A stretch of 64,000 bases of DNA, taken from IMG/VR virus record IMGVR_UViG_3300042564_000253. One strand, 5' to 3'. Source of the stretch: a virus (Duplodnaviria > Heunggongvirae > Uroviricota > Caudoviricetes). Positions 41,141 to 48,688 of the stretch are shown here, in pieces. The translations under genes were made by a program, and so were the position numbers. The notes under the pieces were generated by a model. The model was not told the DNA's origin. It made no database searches and saw only the letters and a program-made list of their open reading frames with translations. Numbering within the stretch: position 1 is the stretch's first letter; each line of letters opens with the position of its first letter.

Positions 41141-41395
41141 TTATATTAATTCATTTAAATCATCATCTGTTAGCTTTGAAGATATGATCTCTAAATCAAC
41201 CTCTAGTTCTCCAAAGTTTTCTTTTCCATGTTCTGTCATATAGTCTCTTGTAAAGGCTATACCCATTCTATCAAACTCAACCCCAGGAACTCCCACTATA
41301 TCAACATAGTCTATACCTTTATTATATAAGTCAACAAGCGTATCAATTAGCCTGTCCAGTGGAATCCTCTCTATTTTCACTTCCCTGTTTTCCAT
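41141..41395 (-). CDS. Small hypothetical protein, 84 aa.
   Basis: An ORF. Confidence 0.4.
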   Translation of the reverse strand: MENREVKIERIPLDRLIDTLVDLYNKGIDYVDIVGVPGVEFDRMGIAFTRDYMTEHGKENFGELEVDLEIISSKLTDDDLNELI

Positions 41396-41690
41396 ATATT
41401 GTTTGTATTAATTGATCTTCATCTTCCTTAGATTCCATTTCTGGTCCCCATTTGTCTATGGGACAGCTACAAGATAAACACTTAGTTTTTGCTGATAGGA
41501 CACATCCACAATGAGTGCAATGCTTATCAAACCTACGAGGCTTCTTAGGTTTGTTCTCAGAACACCATTCGCATTGATCACAAATGGCCATACGTTCTTT
41601 ACTGACTTGTCTAATCTGTTCTTTTATTTCATCAGCTGGAAAGAGGTTGTTCTTCCACCCCTCGTATATCTGAGAGAAGTTGATCTTCAT
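41343..41690 (-). CDS. Cys-rich zinc-binding protein, 115 aa.
   Basis: CDQCEWC ... CTHCGC ... CLSCSCP cysteine clusters. Confidence 0.45.
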   Translation of the reverse strand: MKINFSQIYEGWKNNLFPADEIKEQIRQVSKERMAICDQCEWCSENKPKKPRRFDKHCTHCGCVLSAKTKCLSCSCPIDKWGPEMESKEDEDQLIQTIYGKQGSENREDSTGQAN

Positions 41691-42033
41691 ATATAGTTTT
41701 TGTTGTTAGCAAATTGATCAGAGCTTCTGTTTTCTCTAGTGTCACCTTAGATGAACGTTTCTTTTGTTCAGATGTAGTTTCATCTATTATTATCTTTTCC
41801 ATTGCCTGCTTCTTAGCATTCAATTGTCCAAGTCGTTTTGTAGCTTTCTTCTCATTGAAATAGAACTTACCAAAGCCAGATATCTCCAGACTATTGTTAA
41901 GATCCATTGCCTCATTGGCAGACTGAAACTGATGGTTTATCACAGCCTCAATCATCTTTTCATTCATCATCATCTTAACTGCAAGCGTCCTAACTAGGAA
42001 GTCTTTGACAGACATGCTTATAGGCTTATCCAT
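41632..42033 (-). CDS. HU/IHF-like histone-like DNA-binding protein, 133 aa.
   Basis: The LEISGFGKFYF motif (the GFGxF arm-base signature of HU/IHF) preceded by a helical N-terminus, with an extended C-terminus as in Bacteroidetes-type HU. Confidence 0.55.
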   Translation of the reverse strand: MDKPISMSVKDFLVRTLAVKMMMNEKMIEAVINHQFQSANEAMDLNNSLEISGFGKFYFNEKKATKRLGQLNAKKQAMEKIIIDETTSEQKKRSSKVTLEKTEALINLLTTKTIYEDQLLSDIRGVEEQPLSS

Positions 42034-42400
42034 GTATTAGACTTATTTGCAATATAATATCTTTGTCGAAGTTGAGCAAGATGAGAGGATTGACCTTCAC
42101 CTTTGTCCCATCCTTTACAAACACACCCATCTTCTTCAGCTTACTAATAATGTTATTGATTGCAGGAGATGTACTGTCGTATTTCTCACAAAACTCCTTA
42201 CGTATGTTAGCATAGGATATATTACCCTTCATAGCAGCAAACGCAATAAGCTGTATCTCCCTGTTTGTCAACTTAAGGTCGTTGACAGATGACAATATTC
42301 TATAATACTTCTCAGCCAGGACGTAACTGTCCTCCACTGATCTTTTCAGTCGTTGTACAATAGGAGATTTAGGTTTGGTTTCCATAATTAGTTGATACAA
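42026..42400 (-). CDS. Hypothetical protein, 124 aa, the first gene of the minus-strand block. Possible HTH regulator.
   Basis: An ORF next to the divergent control region. A helix-turn-helix-like stretch TNREIQLIAFAAMKGNISYANI is present. Confidence 0.4.
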   Translation of the reverse strand: MYQLIMETKPKSPIVQRLKRSVEDSYVLAEKYYRILSSVNDLKLTNREIQLIAFAAMKGNISYANIRKEFCEKYDSTSPAINNIISKLKKMGVFVKDGTKVKVNPLILLNFDKDIILQISLIHG

Positions 42401-42463
42401 AGGTATGTATATCTTACCTATCTACAAATAACTATTTTAGTTATTGCAAAAGTTAATGCTATA

Positions 42464-42709
42464 TTATGCATCAAATCTCCTAAACAGGAAAATAACACTG
42501 AATATCAATAGCCCTATCCTAAGCTCCTGCTCCAATCCTCCATCGTCTAGCTTGTAGTTTCTATTAGACACTCCTAGTTCAAAACTGTTATAGTCTTTAG
42601 GAAGAAACTCTATACCTATCTCATACTCCTCAAAGCAAACTAACCCCCATACAATCACTGCCATACTAAGCAATGTCACTATAACCAACAACACATTTAC
42701 TACTACCAT
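42464..42709 (-). CDS. Possible small membrane protein, 81 aa, with two TM helices.
   Basis: Hydrophobic N- and C-terminal segments. It lies at the edge of the control region. Confidence 0.3.
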   Translation of the reverse strand: MVVVNVLLVIVTLLSMAVIVWGLVCFEEYEIGIEFLPKDYNSFELGVSNRNYKLDDGGLEQELRIGLLIFSVIFLFRRFDA

Positions 42710-43438
42710 ATATCTAAGCTTTGTTTACAGGGAGGTGAATTAACAGGGCCCCCCCTAAATCCCCCCCAAAGATACTGCTAAATAAATTTACCAGCCAAAT
42801 TTATTTTTGCCTATTATCAAAACTTGCAGGATTTTCTAGTTTTGATACAACAGGATATTATATCATAAAGCATATAATATGTAAGATGTAAGATGATTCC
42901 ATCATTATATGTAAAACCATATCATAATGTGTCATAAAAGCAACATTGTTAAGCTGAGCATATCCCTTATAAGACACATTATGTAAAGCTATAGCTTGAC
43001 AAAACGTAAGATGGGTAAAGCCATAGCTTGACTTTTGGCAGAATATAGACTTGTTATATCTTGCCAAATCAGGAAGTGAAACACAGCCAAACCCAGAAGT
43101 CCTTGTTACCTATTTATATAAATATGTCACAAATATTTGAAAAATTGTGACACAATGTGCATGAAGAATTTGGAAAAATTCATGCAAAAAGGTTCCTTGT
43201 GGAAATATCCTGTGCTTTGACTATGTACACAATTTTCTATATGCCCCCAGTCTTATCAGCCCATCCCCTCTAGCCCCCCAAAATTTTACATAGCCCCCAG
43301 TCTTATTGTATCCATGGGAGGAGAGGGTAACCCAGATTGCACCCCCCTACACAAAACAGGGGGTTGACATATCCCCCCTATGGCTCACAATTAACAAACC
43401 TATAGTGGAGACACCACTACAAAACTGTAAAATTCGTT
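42710..43438. promoter_or_regulatory. Divergent control region, possibly an origin, with poly-C tracts and short direct repeats.
   Basis: C6-C7 tracts near 42747, 42759, 43274, 43342 and 43374. A 14-mer GCCCCCAGTCTTAT occurs twice (43243-43256, 43294-43307). (C/T)ATAGCTTGAC occurs twice (about 42991 and 43022), each carrying TTGACA/TTGACT. Tandem TAAGATG occurs at about 42886. TTGACA-N16-CACAAT lies at 43364-43391. Confidence 0.5.
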
Positions 43439-43825
43439 ATGGTAATCAATTCAGGCAACTTCTCACCAAATGGTAACTTCAATGGTTACAACACTAAAGG
43501 CGAAAGAATCCACATCTACAAGCGTCAGATGGATGCATTGGGCATTAAGGTTGATGCAGACTTTAAGCAATTCTTCGCTATAGTTGCAAAGAAAACTTAT
43601 GGTGCAAGACTTGACAAAGATGGTAATGCAATACCTTACGCTGATGGCAAGTTAACAATGACTCGTGATACTGCAACTGCAGTGTTCAAGACCAAGCAAG
43701 AGTACATTGACGCTCACGTGATAGACGCTACATTAGATGCAGAAGTTGCACAGGCTATCAAGAAAGAGTACACTGCTGTGGGCATCACAAGCGAAGCAGA
43801 GCTTGAAGAGTTGGCAGGGGCTTAA
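43439..43825 (+). CDS. Hypothetical early protein, 128 aa.
   Basis: An ORF followed by a terminator. Confidence 0.5.
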   Translation: MVINSGNFSPNGNFNGYNTKGERIHIYKRQMDALGIKVDADFKQFFAIVAKKTYGARLDKDGNAIPYADGKLTMTRDTATAVFKTKQEYIDAHVIDATLDAEVAQAIKKEYTAVGITSEAELEELAGA

Positions 43826-43840
43826 TCTCACACTTAACAA

Positions 43841-43872
43841 GGGCTTGGAACACCATCCAAGCTCTTGTTTTT
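43841..43872 (+). terminator. Rho-independent terminator.
   Basis: GGGCTTGGA-acacca-TCCAAGCTC stem of 7-9 bp followed by TTGTTTTT. Confidence 0.6.
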
Positions 43873-44470
43873 CCTTATTCGTATATAAGGGTGGGTGTTA
43901 TTGCACGTTTGGGTGGGAATAATTATATAACTCACTGAAATTCAATACATTCTGCATGAATGTGAGAGTTGGTGTGTACTCTTTACCCACTTATTACCAC
44001 ATTTTCACACATTATTCATTCACGCTATACAATACAATATATATAGCATTAAATAACATATTACAGTTGTAATGAGACACATTTATAGATATACAATCAT
44101 AAGATGATAAAGTGTACGCTTATATTATATAAGAGTATTACTACAGGCTTGTGATCATTGTAATAGGTATATCTTTGTGGGTTATTAGTCACGTTTTTTG
44201 TGAACTAATAGCCAACTCATTACAGCTGTTCTTTTTATTAATATATTAAATAACATTTATATGTACAACGTTAAAAGATTTCATATACAGCTTACTAAAG
44301 ATAGTGAGTGGACTATTGAGTTAGGGCATTCAATAGGTCATGTTATGCAGACATTAGTATTAGACTATTCTGCTACACCATATTCATATTTTATCACTGA
44401 GTATTAAAATACTAATGTACCATTTCTATTTCCCAAGGATAGACAGATGTAATACTAGAGGAGGACAGTA

Positions 44471-45049
44471 ATGTTCGATGTAAACTGTATTACATCTGAG
44501 TACAGAGGGATTTTATTCACACACATATTAAATAAAAAACACATGAACAAAATTCAAGTCTTAATAGACAATGGCTTTATTACATTACAAGATGTATTTG
44601 ACTATGTTAATTCAGGAGAACCTGAGAACGATGCTGATCAAATGGATTGGTCTGATGACGATTACAAACAAATGGCTGCTGAAAATGAGGCTGCAGAACA
44701 ATTAGCTCATGAGCTTAATCGTACAGATTATATTGATTATCAGCCAGAGTATGTTCTTGCTTCTACAAGTGATCTTATGCAAGAGACAATGGTATTTCCT
44801 TCTAATGCAGATGGAGAAATCACTAGTTATGGTGATCTAGCCTGTTTAGCATTAAGATATGGCTCTGATAATTGGGAAGATCCTATGGCTGCTATTATTC
44901 AATTAAACACTGATGAGTATAAGTATATACATGTCAAGACGCTTGATGGTGGTAATAACATACATAATCTATTTAGAAAAATAAACACAGTTGAAGAACC
45001 ATTAACAGAAACAGACTATTGGGATGGTGATGCATCTCATTCTGAATAA
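44471..45049 (+). CDS. Acidic hypothetical protein, 192 aa.
   Basis: An ORF preceded by the only strong Shine-Dalgarno in the window (AGGAGG, 7 nt upstream). Confidence 0.5.
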   Translation: MFDVNCITSEYRGILFTHILNKKHMNKIQVLIDNGFITLQDVFDYVNSGEPENDADQMDWSDDDYKQMAAENEAAEQLAHELNRTDYIDYQPEYVLASTSDLMQETMVFPSNADGEITSYGDLACLALRYGSDNWEDPMAAIIQLNTDEYKYIHVKTLDGGNNIHNLFRKINTVEEPLTETDYWDGDASHSE

Positions 45050-45136
45050 TATATATCTCTGCTATTAGCCTTTAGCGTGCCAAAGGCGATATATATTTAT
45101 ATAACACATTATTAATCAATTATTTAACACACATTT

Positions 45137-45364
45137 ATGAACTTTATTAAACACATTGCTAATTTATTAGCACTATGGACAATACCATATATAATTGTCC
45201 TATTCTTTTTATTAGTATCAGGATTTGCATTTGTATATCAGGATGCTATTTGTTCTACACCTTACATTATAGCTTATGCATTCTATTTTATGATGATGTC
45301 TATATTATACATGTCAGGTGATGAAAAGGACTTTGAAAGTATTAAATTATTTAAAATCAATTAG
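45137..45364 (+). CDS. Small membrane protein, 75 aa.
   Basis: Two hydrophobic helices. Confidence 0.45.
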   Translation: MNFIKHIANLLALWTIPYIIVLFFLLVSGFAFVYQDAICSTPYIIAYAFYFMMMSILYMSGDEKDFESIKLFKIN

Positions 45365-45366
45365 TT

Positions 45367-45573
45367 ATGAAAATTACTAAAACAAGCTCATTAACAGGTG
45401 TTGAGCACACCATGGACATAGATGTTACATTTGAACAACTATGGAAGATTGATAACAAGACAGATCTTATTCAACGTATTGTTCCTCATCTACCATCTGC
45501 AGAACGTGAGTTCTTAATGACAGGCATTACAGATGAAGAATGGCAATTAGCCTTTGCTGATATGGTAGAATAA
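45367..45573 (+). CDS. Small hypothetical protein, 68 aa.
   Basis: An ORF starting 3 nt after the previous stop. Confidence 0.4.
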   Translation: MKITKTSSLTGVEHTMDIDVTFEQLWKIDNKTDLIQRIVPHLPSAEREFLMTGITDEEWQLAFADMVE

Positions 45574-45600
45574 ATATTTATTAATTACACAATACACAAC

Positions 45601-45795
45601 ATGAAAAAAGCATTTAATTTATTTATAGCCATTATAATGGCTTTAATTACGACATTTATTATCCTATGGATATTATATACCTTTGAAGAGAGTGATCTTG
45701 GATGGGGTATGTTAATACTTGTATCTGTTACAGGTTATTTAACATCTGCATTGTATTTTTACAATCACAGACAGAACACAAAAAAGATTGGCTAG
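45601..45795 (+). CDS. Small membrane protein, 64 aa.
   Basis: Hydrophobic ORF. Confidence 0.4.
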   Translation: MKKAFNLFIAIIMALITTFIILWILYTFEESDLGWGMLILVSVTGYLTSALYFYNHRQNTKKIG

Positions 45796-45874
45796 TTGGT
45801 AATATGTGTGTTAGATTTAGGGCTCTGCTTCCCCTAGCAGGGCTCTATTTTAATCATTATAAAAACAAACAATT

Positions 45875-46507
45875 ATGTTTATATTAGCAAAACTTATATT
45901 TAAATCATATATGCCCAAGCAATTGGAAGTAGGTATGTGGTTTAAAAGAGATCACAGTGATGTGGTCTATGGTAAAGTATATAACTATTTTACCATATAT
46001 GAACTAAAAGAAATACCATATGACATGTATGAATATATGTCTACTAGTGGTGCACCAGTTGAACCATTCATTATTCAACCAATGACTAACCCTGATGATG
46101 TAGAGGATATACTTGTACGTCCTGAATACATAGGTTGGTGGGAAGATAACCTTGCTGAAGAGAATGAAGATGGTACATGGACAGATCACACTACATTAGA
46201 AGACTTGTCACCCAAGATTATCAATGATTGGTTATATGGTGAGAATGGTGATAATGATGGTCTCATAGCCCTTGAAGTGGATGATGAGACTAGAGAGCCA
46301 TTGTTATATGAAGATACCAATAAGGTGATGATTAAACAAGCTGGCTTTGTAGATGAAGACGATTGGGATGATGATTATGATGTCACATCAAATGATGGAT
46401 TAGAAGATGAAGAAAACTTTGATGATATGGATGACCTCACTGATTATGACAATCCTGAATGGCCACACGATCACCCTAAAGACAAGACAGATTATGACCC
46501 AGATTAA
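45875..46507 (+). CDS. Highly acidic protein, 210 aa, with a poly-D/E C-terminal half. Candidate DNA-mimic or anti-restriction-type early protein.
   Basis: C-terminus DEDDWDDDYDVTSNDGLEDEENFDDMDDLTDYD. Confidence 0.5.
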   Translation: MFILAKLIFKSYMPKQLEVGMWFKRDHSDVVYGKVYNYFTIYELKEIPYDMYEYMSTSGAPVEPFIIQPMTNPDDVEDILVRPEYIGWWEDNLAEENEDGTWTDHTTLEDLSPKIINDWLYGENGDNDGLIALEVDDETREPLLYEDTNKVMIKQAGFVDEDDWDDDYDVTSNDGLEDEENFDDMDDLTDYDNPEWPHDHPKDKTDYDPD

Positions 46508-46529
46508 TAAACCCTTTAAAACCAAGGAC

Positions 46530-46685
46530 ATGAAGAAGCTATATGAAATTTTATTTGAAGATAAAAAGCCTGAAGAGCAGCCATTAAAGCTTGAGATAAA
46601 ACTTAAGTCTACAGCTACACCTGAAGAGCAATTAGAGATAAATGAGTGGTATAAACATATCAGTAACTCATTACAAAGAAATTAG
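46530..46685 (+). CDS. Small hypothetical protein, about 51 aa.
   Basis: Internal ATG of listed ORF 46407..46685. The longer form would overlap the previous gene by 100 nt. Confidence 0.3.
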   Translation: MKKLYEILFEDKKPEEQPLKLEIKLKSTATPEEQLEINEWYKHISNSLQRN

Positions 46686-46714
46686 GTTAGATGTGTGTGT
46701 GTTAGTAAGTAAGA

Positions 46715-46740
46715 GCCCTGCAGAAATGTGGGGCTTTTTA
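46715..46740 (+). terminator. Rho-independent terminator.
   Basis: GCCCUGCA-gaaa-UGUGGGGC 8-bp stem with two G.U pairs, followed by UUUUU. Confidence 0.65.
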
Positions 46741-46788
46741 TGCATACATTTAACAAACTCCAGTAAATAACAATTAAACACAATTAAC

Positions 46789-47517
46789 GTGAAAAATCAG
46801 ACATTAAAGAAAGACAGTAAACAATCATTCTCCTATTTAGCAGGTATTAACAGAGCTATTAATCCAGCTCAAGTAACAAAATTAGCAGTATCAGTAAACA
46901 AAATGGGTATTATTAGACCTGTTGTAGTAGCTTACATAGCATTTTTAGATGGTATTAAGAAATTATATATCATTGATGGTCAGCATTTGTTCAATGCATT
47001 GATTAGAAACAACATGGATATTCCATATGTTATAATTGATGTAAAGGATAAGACAGATCTTGTTGAGAAGATAGCATTGCTTAATGCATCCTCAAAGAAT
47101 TGGACAATGTTAGATTATATCACAGCATGGGCATCATTAAGTCAAGATTATATAAAGCTTAATCATTACTATCAGGTGTATGATATTGATCTTGCTACAT
47201 TAGCCACTATATTAATGAATGGTTCAGTAGATGGTAGTGGTACAGTAAGAACTATTAAAAATGGTCAATTTAAGATTGTAGATGAAAAGTTTAATGTATC
47301 AATACTTGATTATGTAACAGATCTATTGAAAGTTATACCAAGAATGGCTAGGAATGACAATAGATATGCTGCAAGAGAATATGTTAAGTTTTTAAGAAAC
47401 ACAAAGACTTACAATCATAAGAAGTTTATAGAAAATCTTAAGAAGAACAAGAAAGAGTTTATATTAGCCACTCAAGAAGATGGCAAACTAGTTGAATTAT
47501 TCACTAAATTAAAATAA
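46789..47517 (+). CDS. ParB-like nuclease (ParB/Srx N-terminal) domain protein, 242 aa.
   Basis: KLAVSVNKMGIIRPVVV...YIIDGQHLFNAL parallels ParB LAESI..GLLQPIVV...YEIIAGERRWRAA. The start is a GTG or a downstream ATG. Confidence 0.5.
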   Translation: MKNQTLKKDSKQSFSYLAGINRAINPAQVTKLAVSVNKMGIIRPVVVAYIAFLDGIKKLYIIDGQHLFNALIRNNMDIPYVIIDVKDKTDLVEKIALLNASSKNWTMLDYITAWASLSQDYIKLNHYYQVYDIDLATLATILMNGSVDGSGTVRTIKNGQFKIVDEKFNVSILDYVTDLLKVIPRMARNDNRYAAREYVKFLRNTKTYNHKKFIENLKKNKKEFILATQEDGKLVELFTKLK

Positions 47518-47522
47518 AACAC

Positions 47523-47810
47523 ATGAAAAACATGAAAATGTACTCTCAAGCAGAGTTATCAACAATGCAAGAAATGGCTAAAAAGCCTATTTCAACAACT
47601 AGATTAGCTAAAAGACTAGCTAAACAGTTCAACAGAACATATGGTGGGGTGTATGCTAAACTATTAGTTATGCGTAAGCATACAAAAGTGGAGCCTGTTA
47701 TCACCAACACTGTACGTACTAAAACAGTAGTGGAAGGTAAGAAGCACACTATTAGTAGCAGACCAACCAAGATAGAGATATCTGATCAAGGTATGACATT
47801 TTATTTCTAA
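47523..47810 (+). CDS. Small basic hypothetical protein, 95 aa.
   Basis: ORF. Confidence 0.4.
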   Translation: MKNMKMYSQAELSTMQEMAKKPISTTRLAKRLAKQFNRTYGGVYAKLLVMRKHTKVEPVITNTVRTKTVVEGKKHTISSRPTKIEISDQGMTFYF

Positions 47811-47828
47811 CTAATAAACTAACACATC

Positions 47829-48077
47829 ATGTCTTACAGCCTAGTCTACAGTGCAAGACCAAATAGCACACATACAATCCAGGTTTACGAACCAAACCAA
47901 CAAGATTCTCCTTATGTTAGGGGACTTAAAGCGTGCTCTAAACTAATAGATGTTATATTTGCTTCCAAAGCAAACTATACACCATCTAAACGTTTACACA
48001 TAAAAGGACGCAAATATATGTACATCAGCTCTGATACATATCAGCTGCTCATCAGGGTAAAAAACTTTGACAAATGA
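47829..48077 (+). CDS. Small hypothetical protein, 82 aa.
   Basis: ORF. Confidence 0.4.
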   Translation: MSYSLVYSARPNSTHTIQVYEPNQQDSPYVRGLKACSKLIDVIFASKANYTPSKRLHIKGRKYMYISSDTYQLLIRVKNFDK

Positions 48078-48212
48078 TATATTTTATTACCTTTGTATTA
48101 CTAGTGTGGATATGGATCATTGCAGAATGGATGAACGCACCACCAGAAGATACAAAACAAGACAAGGATGATTCAATTAAACCTAACGATACCATCAGTC
48201 ACAAAGACTGAT
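48075..48212 (+). CDS. Possible very small membrane protein, about 45 aa.
   Basis: An ATGA-coupled ORF (MIYFITFVLLVWIWIIAEW...) not in the ORF track because it is under 60 aa. It ends inside a perfect hairpin. Confidence 0.25.
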
Positions 48213-48233
48213 GGTATTTAAATACAAAACAAC

Positions 48234-48536
48234 ATGGCAAAAATCAAAGTTCCAAAGGTGAAAGATTTAAGTGGTTATTTCTTTATGAGTATAGAGGGTA
48301 ACACTGTAGATATAGTTTATCATGATAACACAGACAATGGTTTAGCAATTGGTGCTGCATTTGCAAGTGCATTAGAAGAAGATAAACAATTATTTAAGGT
48401 ATTGAGTGCTGCATTTATTACAGTTCTTGATGCAAAAGAGAAAGATAGTTCTAAAAAGAAACCTAATCCTAAGCAAATGAATGGTGTTAAGAGTGATGCT
48501 CCATTTGTAAAGACTAGAAAAACTACAAAGAAATAG
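48234..48536 (+). CDS. Hypothetical protein, 100 aa, Lys-rich C-terminus.
   Basis: ORF. Confidence 0.45.
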   Translation: MAKIKVPKVKDLSGYFFMSIEGNTVDIVYHDNTDNGLAIGAAFASALEEDKQLFKVLSAAFITVLDAKEKDSSKKKPNPKQMNGVKSDAPFVKTRKTTKK

Positions 48537-48688
48537 CTGCAGCATTAAAAATAAATTAACCTACACATTATGAATGAATATTTTAGTTATTATGAGAGCT
48601 TACACAATCTTCCTAAATCAAAACAGAGATATTATCTCTGGGACATGATTAAGTGGTGTATTAAGCAATACATTAAAACATATAAATA

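Noticed and set aside
42858-43067. A 69-aa minus-strand ORF inside the divergent control region.
   Set aside because: It sits in a repeat-rich non-coding region with an implausible composition. It is more likely regulatory DNA.
42740-43380. Repeated poly-C tracts considered as a CRISPR-like or tandem array.
   Set aside because: The repeats are short (14 bp or less), irregularly spaced and lack the uniform repeat-spacer periodicity of CRISPR. I treat them as regulatory or origin elements.
43873-44470. A possible tRNA gene in the AT-rich non-coding stretch.
   Set aside because: I could not fold any segment by eye into a cloverleaf with a GTTC-type T-arm and acceptor stem. This needs tRNAscan-SE to settle.
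46407-46685. The long 92-aa form of the small ORF.
   Set aside because: It would overlap the preceding 210-aa gene by 100 nt. An in-frame ATG at 46530 just after that gene's stop gives a more plausible 51-aa product.
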